From positions 217,622-281,621 of the forward strand of contig CAWGJN010000001.1 in assembly GCA_963822925.1 (NCBI GenBank): a DNA stretch of 64,000 nucleotides, read 5' to 3'. The notes below the pieces were generated by a model. It saw nothing but the letters and a program-made list of their open reading frames with translations. It made no database searches and was not told the DNA's origin. A program made the translations under genes and the position numbers. This document shows positions 10,338 to 20,792 of the stretch, one piece after another (the first letter of the stretch is position 1; the number at the start of each line of letters is the position of its first letter). Source of the DNA: an uncultured Gemmatimonadales bacterium. GTDB lineage: Bacteria > Gemmatimonadota > Gemmatimonadetes > Gemmatimonadales > GWC2-71-9.

Positions 10338-10979
10338 TCATTGCTGCCCGGCAGCAGTCCAGAGAGACTGAGCAAGCGCAAGGCTGATGCCGAGCACACG
10401 GGCCAGGTCCGAGGGACTGCGGAAGGCCCCCGCGCTGTCGCGAAAGGCGACGATCCGCGCCGCCCGCCGCCGCCCAATTCCCGTGATCCGCTCGAGGTCG
10501 GTCGCCGAGCCGCGGTTGATGACCTCCGTGAGCACCGGTCCCGGCACTGATGGTCCGACGGGTATGACGGCGACCGGAGCGGCCGGGCGGGGGGGCGCCG
10601 AGAACGCAAGATTCGGTGCCATGCGCCGCAGTTTCGAGGGTCCGATGCCCTGCACCCGGCGCAGTGCCGCGGTGTCCCCGAAAGGACCAGACCGGTTGCG
10701 CTCCTCGACGATGCGGCGCGCCAGACCCGGGCCCACGCCGGGGAGACGCTGAAGCTCCTGGGCCGACGCGCGATCCACGTCCACCCGCTCGCCAGCGGCC
10801 AGGGGGCGGGCAAGGCGCACCAGACTGTCGCGTCGTGCGAGCGCAGCCGACGAAGAGGAGGAACCCGGCAGGTGAACCTCGCCCGGCGGCCGGCGGGCAT
10901 CCGACGCGACCATGCGCACCACATGGCCGGCCAGGCCCAGGCCAAGGAGCAGAAGTAGCGCTCTGTGTTCGGGAGGCAT
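10338..10979 (-). CDS. ComEA-like protein with two helix-hairpin-helix DNA-binding modules
   Basis: ORF 10338..11081 trimmed to ATG 10979 (MPPEHRALLLLLGLGLAG, membrane anchor). Two HhH modules: LQRLPGVGPGLARRIV...VQGIGPSKL and LERITGIGRRRAARIV... Confidence 0.7.
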   Translation of the reverse strand: MPPEHRALLLLLGLGLAGHVVRMVASDARRPPGEVHLPGSSSSSAALARRDSLVRLARPLAAGERVDVDRASAQELQRLPGVGPGLARRIVEERNRSGPFGDTAALRRVQGIGPSKLRRMAPNLAFSAPPRPAAPVAVIPVGPSVPGPVLTEVINRGSATDLERITGIGRRRAARIVAFRDSAGAFRSPSDLARVLGISLALAQSLWTAAGQQ

Positions 10980-11034
10980 GGGTGCGAATGTCGGGCATGG
11001 CCCCGGAAAGGGCGCACCCAAAAACCGTGTTCGG

Positions 11035-11973
11035 CTACTTCTTTCCGCCAGCCTCCAGCCGGAGCACTGCCATCGCCACATCGCCCACGACCTGCAGGCT
11101 CGCGGCGCTGAGCTTGTCGGGCGTGTCGTCGAGCGTGTGCCAGAGGCTGTTGTTGCTGCCGTAGCTGAAGTCGATTACGTCGATGGCCCGGATACCGGCG
11201 AGTTGCAGTGGAAGGTGATCGTCGATGAGGCTCTGTCCTGGAGTCGCGATGAATACCTTCTGGTAGCCGGCGATCTTCGCCGCGTTCCACACCCGCTCCA
11301 CCACCTCGGGCGCGCCCAGCAGGGAGTTGCCCTCCTGGTAGATCTGAAGGTCACGGTCGCCCACCATGTCGAACAGCACGGCGAACAATGGCCGCGGTCC
11401 AGGCGCCTGGTTCTTCGCGTAGTAGCGCGCCCCGAGCAGCGTTTCGGTCGAGTCCTCGAAGCTGCCGAAGTCCTCACCATCCACGAACAGCAGGTCCACG
11501 CCCAGTGTCGAGGGCGTCTTCCGGAGCGCATCGGCCACCCCGAGGAGCACCGCGACACCGGAGGCGCCGTCATTCGCGCCCGGGATCGGCGTGTTGTGAT
11601 CGGCCGGATTGATGGCCTTGTCGGCGGTGGGCCGCGTGTCCCAGTGCGCGAAATACAGGATCCGGTCGGCGGCGGCTGGGTTGAACCGCATCATCACGTT
11701 GTGCAGCGGAACCTTGGCGCCCTTCGAGGTGACGTTCACCCAGTCCTGGATGAAGACCGTGTCAGCCTTGGCGCGGGCGAGGGAGTCGAGCCAGGCCGCC
11801 ATCCGACGATGCCCCTCGGTGCCTGGAACACGCGGCCCGAAGGCCACCTGGGTCTCGACATACCGCAGCGCGGCGGCGCCATCGAACTCCCTCGGCGGGG
11901 CCGGGGGCGACGAGCTGCAGGCCGTGAGCAGCGCGAGCAGCACGAATAACCCGGTCAGGCGGTACCGCATCAT
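11035..11973 (-). CDS. M28-family metallopeptidase-fold lipoprotein, glutaminyl-cyclase-like
   Basis: ORF, 312 aa. Lipobox LLTAC. Metal-ligand-type motifs HWDTRP, NDGASGVAVLL, VDGEDFG and LIDDHLPL. The start overlaps the sprA stop (ATGA at 11970-11973). Confidence 0.75.
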   Translation of the reverse strand: MMRYRLTGLFVLLALLTACSSSPPAPPREFDGAAALRYVETQVAFGPRVPGTEGHRRMAAWLDSLARAKADTVFIQDWVNVTSKGAKVPLHNVMMRFNPAAADRILYFAHWDTRPTADKAINPADHNTPIPGANDGASGVAVLLGVADALRKTPSTLGVDLLFVDGEDFGSFEDSTETLLGARYYAKNQAPGPRPLFAVLFDMVGDRDLQIYQEGNSLLGAPEVVERVWNAAKIAGYQKVFIATPGQSLIDDHLPLQLAGIRAIDVIDFSYGSNNSLWHTLDDTPDKLSAASLQVVGDVAMAVLRLEAGGKK

Positions 11974-14900
11974 CGGTAGTCCCCGGCGAAGAGCGACAGG
12001 TTGAGAGAAGCCACGAGGAACAGCTGGGAGTTCTTCCGATCGAGGCTGCGGAAGTCATTCAGGGTGTACCCGATCTGCAGGCCCGCCGTCAGCGTGGAGA
12101 TGATATCGGTATCGATGCTCCCGCGATACTCCTGGCGCCGGGTATCGGAGATCACCTGGCACTGCGTGTTGAGATCGCGGGAGAGGCACTGGGTAGCCTT
12201 GGACACCACGACGCTGAACGACGAGCGGGCGAGCTTGCGCACCCGGCTCAGCGCCCGCGGTAGCGGGAACGCATACGAAAGACTGCCGTTCAGGTCCGCC
12301 TGGTCCAGCAGCGTCAGCGATCCATTGCTGGCTGTTTCCTGCTTGAGGAGGCTGAGGTTGCTGGCGATCGCCATGCCATTGCGGAACGTGAGGCCCAGTT
12401 CGGGGGAGAAGTTCTTGGTCTGGTTCGAGATGATGGAAACGACGGTCGCGCTGACCGGCTGGGTGGTGGAACCCTGTCGCTGCCGCAGCGTGGCACCGAG
12501 CGACAGCAGGGCAAAGGGGCCGTGCGCAAACGGGCGGCTGAAACGGATCTGCCCCGAGGGCCATTCGCGCTGGAAGATGACCGCCAGGCGCTGCGCCCCG
12601 CCAATCGCCTGGTATCGATCGGTGGTCGTTTCGCTGTAGAGACCCGAGATGGACAGACCGAACCCGAAATCCAGTCCGGTCCCGACCTGTTTCGTCACTG
12701 TCTGCGTGGCACCGAGCGCGAGTTGCCCATCCTGGCTCAGGAAACTCGACAATCCACCCAGGCCGAGGATGTAGCTGAGGGAAGGCTCGAATATCGCGAG
12801 GTCGTAGGTAGACGTCCGGGTGGTGCGCTGGCTGATGTCGAGGGGCCGGAAACGGCGGATGAGGTTGCCCACACCGGAGGAATCACCCAGTAGCTGGCGG
12901 ATCCCCCGGGCATAGTCGATCGAGAATCCCCACTCATAGCTGCGCAGGTTGGAGAATGTCTGGGGGAGGATGAACGCGCCCGCTGTGTCTCCCTCCGTGC
13001 GCACCAGCTGCCGGCTGTTGAGGTATCGGTTGAGCACGAAGTTGCTGGTGGTGCCGAACCTCGGCCGGAACCACGAGGCGATGCGGGGCGCGATCAGCAG
13101 GCTCGTGCCGGTGGTCCGGTCGCGCTCCACGCCGACGTCGATGCCCAGGAGGTCCTGTCGTTCCGCGGTCGCGAGCCGCGCCTGCGGAGTCGAGTCACCA
13201 TACTGGCGCAGGTCGCGCGTGCTGGCGATGTCGGCGTTGAAGAGCAGCATGCCCAACGGCTGCCAGGTGAGCCCCGCGGTGTTGCGCCACACATAGTTGA
13301 GCGCGAGCGCCGGGATCACCGTCGCATCGATCGGCCGTACCACCGGCGACACGTACGAGAAGAAGTTGCTTTCGTCGCGCGAAAGGCCACTGCGCAGGCG
13401 CACGGCCGTCGGGAGCAGGGTGTATGACGCGGTCTTGAGACTGTTGCCGAAGTCGCTTTCCCGCATCCAGCCGGGCAGGCTGTTCACGAGCCCGCCCAGG
13501 TTGATCGGCTTCCCCCGCCGGGTCACCGCGATGCTGTAGCTCAGCGCGGCGTTGTAGTTGTCCGTCGAACTCTGCGACAATTCCGTCTGTCCGCGACCAC
13601 GGGTGTACCCGCCGGCAAAGGTGAGCGGATCCGCCAGGATGCGCATCCACGGCGTACTGCCGCGAGCCGAGCGGCGCACCAGCAGGTTGATGCTGCCGGT
13701 GTTGCTGTTGGGCTTGCGCAGGCCGGGCAGCGCATCCGCCTGGATGTCGCTCCCGGTGAGGAGCTGGGGGTCCACCTTCGTGGTGGCGTAGCTCAGGCTG
13801 ATCGGGATGAGCAGGCCTACCGACGCCGGCAGGAAGCGGTCAATGCGGAAGTTCCCCGAGGTCAGCAGACCGCCGGTGGTACGGAACGTCGGCTGGTCCC
13901 CCAGCTGCCGGAACTGTCCGTTGACGCTCGACATGAGGAAGGTCAGGTCGAAGACGTCGCCGGCCGCGAGTCGCGCGTCGAGCGCCCAGGCCGTACCCAT
14001 CGTGGTGATGGGCTCCGAGAGGCGGACGTCGTCCACCCAGAGTTCGGTGGAGTCCGAAACTCCGGGGCCGACCCGGATGATGCCGGTCGATAGCCCCTGC
14101 GCCGCCGCCAGGTTCGGCGGGTTCACGCCAGGGTTGAGGATGTGAACGATGTATCCGCCCTGGCATGCCACGTAGGCCGCGGGATCACCGCCGCATTCGG
14201 CCGCACCGGAGGGTGGCAGGCCCTGCTGGATCTCCGATTCGATCTGGGTGCGAAGGTTGGTCCATGTCTCGAGGTTCACCACCACTTCCGGATTCCAGGC
14301 GGCTTCCTCGCCGATGCTGTGGAGTGGCGTCTGGTACATGTAGAAGTTGTTGGCGTCGCTTTCGACCTTGATGTAGCCGAGGAGTTCGCCCGTGTCCCAG
14401 CCAGGGAGGTTGTGACCGCCCCGCATCCATACCTGCAGCTGGCGGTAGGCCAGCAGCCGCTGGCTGCCGGCCGGAAAGCGGAAGTAGGCCTCGGCGCGCG
14501 ACCCCTGCTCCAGCTGGCGTGCGATCACCCGCAACGACTTCTCGTCGATCACGGCGCCATTGGACTGTGGATCCGCCTGCAGGTTGTTGAGGGAGATCAG
14601 CACGCCCGGTGGCGGGATGTATCCCAGCGACTTGTCCAGAGTCGATATCACCGACACGACTACGCTGCCGGTGGGCTCGGCGGTGGATCCCGCGATGCCC
14701 TCGATCGGCGCCGGCGCCCGGGCAAGCCACGGCGCGCCCACGAACGTGAGCCGCGAGAGCGCGATGCGCGCGACGATGTCGTCGATCGCCGGCGGGGCCA
14801 CCAGGGTGACGCGGAGCGCCTGCACCAGCCGGATGTTCGGCGTGCCGATGACCGCGGTCGGGGTGCGCAGCGGAACGCGGTAGAGGGTCCAGCCGGCGCC

Positions 14901-17900
14901 CGTGGGATCCTGGACTCCCTTCCGGACCACAAACTGCGTGTCGGTCAGGCTCACGACATACCGGTTCACGTTGTCGTTGGGCCCCTGCGCGTTCAGGACG
15001 TTGTCGCCGTTCAGGTCCTCGGTATCCAGGAAGCCGTTGCCCCGCGTACACCGCGCACTGAGGTCGCCCCATGGAAATACCTGCACCGAGGTACCCAGTA
15101 CCGTCTGGCACAATGGGAATGCCGGGTCGGTGTCCAGGTCGGGCAGCACTATCGGCGGGATGTCGCCCAGAATGCCGATGTCGTCGGTTTGTGCGTTGAA
15201 GATGCCGGTCGATTGTCGCTCGCGTATTGAGCACGCCCACGCCGACATACTGGCGCCCGGTGTAGACCGAGTCGTTTCCCGCCTCCACGGTGAGCGTATC
15301 GGGGGCGACCGCGAGTGCATCCTCGTTTACCTGGCCCAGGTCGAAGATGAGGTTGACGCCCGCGTTCTCCGCACTCTTGGCGGCGTCGTTGTACAGCCAG
15401 AACTCGATGTAGCTCACGCCGGTGAAATCGACACCCACGGTGCTGATCGCGGTCTGCATCGACCGCCAGCGCGGCGTTCCGGGGCGCGGCGGCTGGGTCC
15501 ACTGTGATGCGTTGTTCTGCTGCACCACGCCCCCGGCGGTGTCGGCGTGGAGCGTCAGGTACATCACCGTCTCGGACACCTGCGACCTGCCGTTGGTGAT
15601 GAACAGCGTGTCGATGTCCTTGGGGAAGAACTCCACCACGCCACCATTGGGCCCCGGAATCAGGTTCTGCCAGATCATCTGCACCGCGTCGGCGCTGTCG
15701 AACGTGGTACCGAAGCCAAGCGAGGGATCGAGGCCCGCGGTCGACTGCGGCTGGCTTCCGTACTGCCACACGGCGGATCCCAGGCTCACCGCGATGCCGG
15801 ATACACCCTCGAATTCCTCGAGGTAGGCCTGTCCGGTTCGGTTTGGGTCAGGCTGGGTAAAGGCGAACTCGCCATTGATGTCGAGGAAGGCTTCGGAGGA
15901 TCCGTTGCGGTTCGTAATGGAGCTGACCAGGCGGCTCAGCGCTGTCGGGCGGAAATGCAATTCCGTATTGACGCCGGCCACAAGATTGGCGCTGGCCTCG
16001 AAGCCGAGCGCCGGGCGCGCAAACGCCGAGCTCTCGCGCTGGTAGATGCCGATGAAGTTGATTCCGCCGGTCCGGCCCAGGTCGTAGTGCGTGGTGAGGC
16101 CGAAGATCGAGGTCGGCGCAACGGCGAAGATGCCGCGCTCCTCGAATCGCGCGGTGATCTGTACCACCCCGGTGCCGAACAGCGCATCCGGGTTGAGGAA
16201 GGTGATGAGGCCGGTTTCGTAGGCGATGGTGTAGTCGGTGCCGCGGGTGAGCAGGCGGCCACCCAGGTACAGTTTTTCGGAGCCTTCGAGGATCTGCAGT
16301 GCGTTCAGATTCAGGGTGGTGCGGTCGCCGGCGCCGGTGGAGTTGTATCGCAAACGGAACTGGTACTTGGTCGGCGGCCCCTGCGAGAACAGCAGGTACA
16401 CCGGTGTCTGGTACAGCGAGTCCGCCAGCTCGGTGGGCCCGAGCACGGCGCGATTGGCGAATGGCTTGATGTTGGGAAACGCCAGGTACGATTCGCGGAT
16501 GATGAGCTCCGCCCCCGGGTCACGAGCACGCGGAAAGAGCCGGTTCTCCCGGTCGAAGGTGTTCTGGTCCGTGGGCACCGACAAGCCGAGCGCCCCGAGA
16601 TACGTGGAGAACGAGGACGGTGGCAGCGGGCGCTCGGACCGGTTGAGCGAGATGTCCACCTTGAGCGATACCGGGTCGAGATCCTGACCGGCCACCCGGT
16701 AGAACTGCCGCATCTCGTGCCAGAAGGAGGGCTGGTCGTTGCCGACCAGCGGTTCCACGATCATACGCAGCGTGTCCACCGAGGCGCAGGTAGTTCCGGC
16801 AGTGGGACTCGGCTGGCCCGGAAAGCTTCCCACCTGGGTGCCCCCCTCGGTCACGTAACTGATCGCGATGTAATCCGACCTGAGGTCCACCTTTTGTGCG
16901 AGCGCGATCCAGAGGCCGGATGGATCGGTGTAGTAGTCGGCGCCGAGCACCAGCAGCTGCCACGGTACCGGTCCGAAGGTCTTGCCCGCCGGGCCCTGGA
17001 ATGCGCAGGCCGGAATGCCGCCGAGATTGGGATCCACGCCGCCGGTCAGCTGAGGCACCCGATAGCGGTACACCCGGATTTCTGCGGGTCGGACGGCGGG
17101 CGACACGGTCAGCGTATCCAGGCTCAGGACGTCGATGGCGGGATAGTGCGGCAGCGTGCGCGGATCCACGGTCCAGTAGAAGCGCCCGTACTCGAAGTCG
17201 AGGTCGCGCTGGCTGCGGTCCTGCGGCGTGGCGGTGGCCTGGCCGATGGTGAACACGCGCTCACCGATGGCACTGCCCTTCTGGGTGGCCGCGAGCACCT
17301 GCATCTGCAGCTGGCCCAGCTCGAAGAGCGCGTTGACGCCGAAGTTATTGGTGGGAATCGACGCGGTGAGGTAGCGCGAAGGTGGGGGACGGAACGCGAC
17401 GCTGCCCACTTCCACGCGCCGCACCGGTTCGTCCTCGAGTCCCTCGTAGAACACCTGGATAATGTTACTATTCGTATAGTCGCGCTGCGTGTCCCAGTCG
17501 ACATTCACGCGAAGGCGACGCCCAATCACGCCGCCGCTGCGAATACTCATCTGGTTGTCGAGTCGCGGCCCGTTGATCTCTCCCCGGCAGCCGCTGGATG
17601 GATCGCTCAGCGATGCGGGCGTGCAGCGCAGGTTCTTGAGCCGGTCGGCCCGCAGCTCGAGACGGATGTTGCCGTCGAGCGTGAGGTCCACGAGGTTGCG
17701 GTTGATCCCGAACAGGCCGCGCTTCTGCAGCTCGGCCTCGGCCGAATCAGCCGCCTCCTGGCTCCCGCCGTAGAGACTGATGAGGACCTGGTTGTTGGTT
17801 CGTGCGGTCTGGGCGGAATCGACGGCGGTGTTGAGCGAGGCCTGCCACGCGGTGGCGGTGGCGCCCGGCAGTGGCCGCGGACCGAGCAGCCAAGGCTGCT

Positions 17901-18069
17901 GATATTGGGGCGGCACGCGCAGGGCGAGTGGTGGCGCGCCAAGCGTCGCCCTGACTCCCACCCCGGGCACCGCGGTCGTGTCGGGTGAGAGTCCCAGGGA
18001 ATCGGCTTGCGCGGCTGCCACAGCGGGACTGAAGGCAATGACGCCCAGGGCAAGGAGAAAGCGCGTCAC
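11970..18069 (-). pseudogene. sprA: SprA-like giant T9SS outer-membrane protein (about 2030 codons), interrupted by one frameshift
   Basis: ORFs 14185..18126 and 11970..15320 overlap in different frames. They join as ...GRQYVGVGVL / IRERQSTGIFNAQTDDIG near 15215-15235. Signal peptide (V)TRFLLALGVIAFSPAVAAA|QA if GTG 18069 is the start (alternative ATG 18126). The N-terminal region (GVIGRRLRVNVDWDTQRDY...IIQVFYEGLEDE...VEVGSVAF...QKGS...DFEYGRFYW) matches my recollection of the conserved SprA N-terminal domain. Confidence 0.7.
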
Positions 18070-18171
18070 GCTCAGGAAGCCACTGCGATCGTCATAAGTG
18101 GTTTGGATTCCTGAACATAACGCCACGTCTGGGACCCATCAACCGAGCCAGGAGCCCGCCCAGAAATCCCC

Positions 18172-19719
18172 GTGCGTGTCCTTTCCAGGTACCTCCTCCG
18201 CCAGCTGGCGCTGCCGTTTCTCTTTGGCCTGCTCGCGCTCACTGGCGTCATGCTCCTCAACCTCATCGGGCGGAAATTCGGCAGCCTCGTGGGAAAGGGG
18301 TTGCCTTGGTCGGTCATCGGCGAGGTCTTCCTCCTGAGCGTTCCATTCCTGCTCGCCATGACCCTGCCGCTGGCCGTGCTCGCCGCAACCCTCTATGCCT
18401 TCAGCCAGTTGGCGAATGACAGCGAGATCACCGCAATGCGGGCTGGCGGCGTGAGCACCATCGGCATGCTGCGCCCGGTGCTGGCGTGGGCGGTCGTGAT
18501 GGGCCTGGTGACATTCGGCTTTGTGGACCAGGTGCTGCCGCGGAGTAACGCGCGGCTGCGCAATCTCTACTTCGACATCGCCAAGAAGAAGCCCACCTTC
18601 TCCCTGGCGGAGAGCGTCATCAACAAGGTGCCGCCGTCACAGTACTTCCTGCGTGCCGAGCGGATCGATCCCGGCACCGGGCGGCTGCGCAGCGTGTCCA
18701 TCTACGACGTCGGACAGGCTGACCGGCGGCGCATCATCTACGCGGACAGCGGTCGCATGGGCTACACCCCCGACGGCCGCGACCTGGTCCTGAAGCTCTT
18801 TCACGGATCGGTGCAGCAAGTCACCTCAGCCGACCGGCCGCTGTTCGAGCACACCACCTTCTCAACGCAGGAAATTGTCTTCAAGGACGTCTTCGACCAA
18901 CTGGAGCGGAGCGAAGATCAGTTGGACCGGGGCGACCGGGAAATGACGAGCTGCGAGCTCATGGGAGTGGTGGACAGCGCCCGCCAGGAAATCCGCGACG
19001 CGAGGTCCCAGCGTGCCGACCTTACTCGTTCCGACCTTCAGGTCCTGCTGGGACGGACCCCGGAACCTGTCCCCGTCCCCGCCGAGACGGCAAGGCGGGG
19101 TCCCTACCGAGGGGCCTATTGCGGCGCCTTCGCGGCCATTTCGGGCGCCGTCAGGAGGGGGACGGCGAAGCCGGGTGGAACCGCACAGCCGGCCGCTGCC
19201 GCGCCGCCGGGCGTGGCTGCGAACCCACCTGCCCCGGCCACATCACCCCCGGCTCCCCCCGCGGCGGGCGCACCCCGGCTGAGCGACAACGGCACGGTGG
19301 TGGCCGTCCGGGAGCGGGAACAGAACGCCGTGCGCCGGGCCAACCGGTACCGGGTCGAGATCCACAAGAAGTGGTCACTCAGCTTTGCCTCGATCCCTTT
19401 CGTGCTGATCGCCGTGGCCATGGCCCTCCGTTTTCCCCGGGGAGGCATGGGCCTCGTACTCGGCGGCGGGATGTTCGTCTACGCGGTGTTCTACGTGGGT
19501 CTCACGGCAGGAGAGACGCTGGCGGATCGCGGCTATGCGTCACCGGCGCTGGCCATGTGGTCGCCCAACATCGTCCTCGGCGTGCTCGCGATCGCCGGCC
19601 TCATGCTGGTGCATCGTGGCGGCGGAACGTCGCGCGGCGGTGAGTTCGCCGACCTGCTGCGCTTCTTCCGCCGGAGGCCCGCCAGCGCCGCCGCGCCCGC
19701 ACGCGCAGTGGCAGGCTGA
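18172..19719 (+). CDS. LptF/LptG family permease (YjgP/YjgQ) with a long Pro/Ala-rich insertion
   Basis: ORF, 515 aa. Starts (GTG)RVLSRYLLRQLALPFLFGLLALTGVMLL, typical of the family. Stop and next start share a base (19719). Confidence 0.8.
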   Translation: MRVLSRYLLRQLALPFLFGLLALTGVMLLNLIGRKFGSLVGKGLPWSVIGEVFLLSVPFLLAMTLPLAVLAATLYAFSQLANDSEITAMRAGGVSTIGMLRPVLAWAVVMGLVTFGFVDQVLPRSNARLRNLYFDIAKKKPTFSLAESVINKVPPSQYFLRAERIDPGTGRLRSVSIYDVGQADRRRIIYADSGRMGYTPDGRDLVLKLFHGSVQQVTSADRPLFEHTTFSTQEIVFKDVFDQLERSEDQLDRGDREMTSCELMGVVDSARQEIRDARSQRADLTRSDLQVLLGRTPEPVPVPAETARRGPYRGAYCGAFAAISGAVRRGTAKPGGTAQPAAAAPPGVAANPPAPATSPPAPPAAGAPRLSDNGTVVAVREREQNAVRRANRYRVEIHKKWSLSFASIPFVLIAVAMALRFPRGGMGLVLGGGMFVYAVFYVGLTAGETLADRGYASPALAMWSPNIVLGVLAIAGLMLVHRGGGTSRGGEFADLLRFFRRRPASAAAPARAVAG

Positions 19720-20792
19720 TGCGCTGGCCGCTGCTCGATCGCTACGTCTTCCGCAGCTGGATACGGCTGTTCCTGCTCACGATCCTGGGCTTCCCGATCG
19801 TGGCCACACTCATCGACCTCACCGACAGCCTCAAGAAGCTGCTCGACCGCGGCATTCCGTTCAGCGGGATCGCTCTTGGCTACGTGTACCTGCTGCCGGA
19901 AAAGATGTTCGAGATCATCCCGGCCGCCGTGCTCGTCGCGACCGTATTCACTGTCGGCACGCTGGGGCGGCACTCCGAGCTGACCGCCGCGAAGGCCGGC
20001 GGCATCAGCTTCCACCGCTTCGTGCTGCCCATCTACGTGGGGGCCGTGCTGGCGGCGTTCCTCTGCCTGTCACTCGAGGAACTCGCGCCTGCCATGACGG
20101 AGCGGAAGGTGCAGATCCACGGCGAGCGGGTCGGCTCCCGGGGGCAGCGCTACAACTTCGTCTATCGTGCCGAGCGCGGGTGGGTCTATACCGTGCGCAC
20201 ACTCGATTCGAAGACGCAGCGGCTCATGGATGTCGTGCTGACGCGGCAGGGCAACGGGAGGAAGAACCCCTCACTCGCGGTCACGGCGGACAGCGCCACC
20301 TGGGACAGCACGGGCTGGCGCCTGTGGAACGGGTCGAGCCGCGCCGTCGTGGACGGGGCGGAGCAGGCCAGTTTCCGCTTCCGTTCGATGCGCCTCAACA
20401 GCATGACGGAACTGCCATCCGACCTGCTCGCCGAGCCGCGAAGGCCGGAGGAAATGCGCTACGCCGAGCTGGGGAGGTACATCGAGGCAGTGGAGAACTC
20501 GGGGGCGGATGCCGGCAAGCTGCGGGTGATGCGAGCGCTCAAGCTCGCCGTGCCGGCCACCTGCATCATCATCGCGCTGTTCGGGGCGCCGCTGGCCATG
20601 ACGTCCTACCGCGCCGGCACCGCCATCGGTATCGGCATCAGCCTCGCGACGACGATCGTGTTCCTGTTGTTGGTGCAGCTCTCGCAGGCGCTCGGATCGG
20701 GCGGGCTCGTCAAGCCCGAGGTCGCCGCCTGGCTTCCCAATGCCGTGTTCGGTGTTGCCGCCGTGGTGCTGCTGCTGCGCGCACGGACCTGA
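19719..20792 (+). CDS. LptF/LptG family permease
   Basis: ORF, 357 aa. MRWPLLDRYVFRSWIRLFLLTILGFPIV... Six predicted helices. Paired with the preceding paralogue. Confidence 0.8.
   Translation: MRWPLLDRYVFRSWIRLFLLTILGFPIVATLIDLTDSLKKLLDRGIPFSGIALGYVYLLPEKMFEIIPAAVLVATVFTVGTLGRHSELTAAKAGGISFHRFVLPIYVGAVLAAFLCLSLEELAPAMTERKVQIHGERVGSRGQRYNFVYRAERGWVYTVRTLDSKTQRLMDVVLTRQGNGRKNPSLAVTADSATWDSTGWRLWNGSSRAVVDGAEQASFRFRSMRLNSMTELPSDLLAEPRRPEEMRYAELGRYIEAVENSGADAGKLRVMRALKLAVPATCIIIALFGAPLAMTSYRAGTAIGIGISLATTIVFLLLVQLSQALGSGGLVKPEVAAWLPNAVFGVAAVVLLLRART

Noticed and set aside
10259-11290. N-terminal 340-codon extension of the pilB ORF
   Set aside because: The Arg/Pro-rich sequence overlaps the ComEA-like and M28 genes in another frame. 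A normal-length PilB starts at ATG 10258.
15547-17988. 813-aa plus-strand ORF, and similar long ORFs such as 7635..8723(+), 12001..12639(+), 24096..24902(-), 38600..39901(-), 39754..40959(-), 59875..61059(-), 61034..62140(-) and 48969..50126(+)
   Set aside because: They are antisense or out of frame to genes with clear family signatures. Their translations are Arg/Gly/Pro/His-rich low-complexity strings, typical of non-coding frames in GC-rich DNA.
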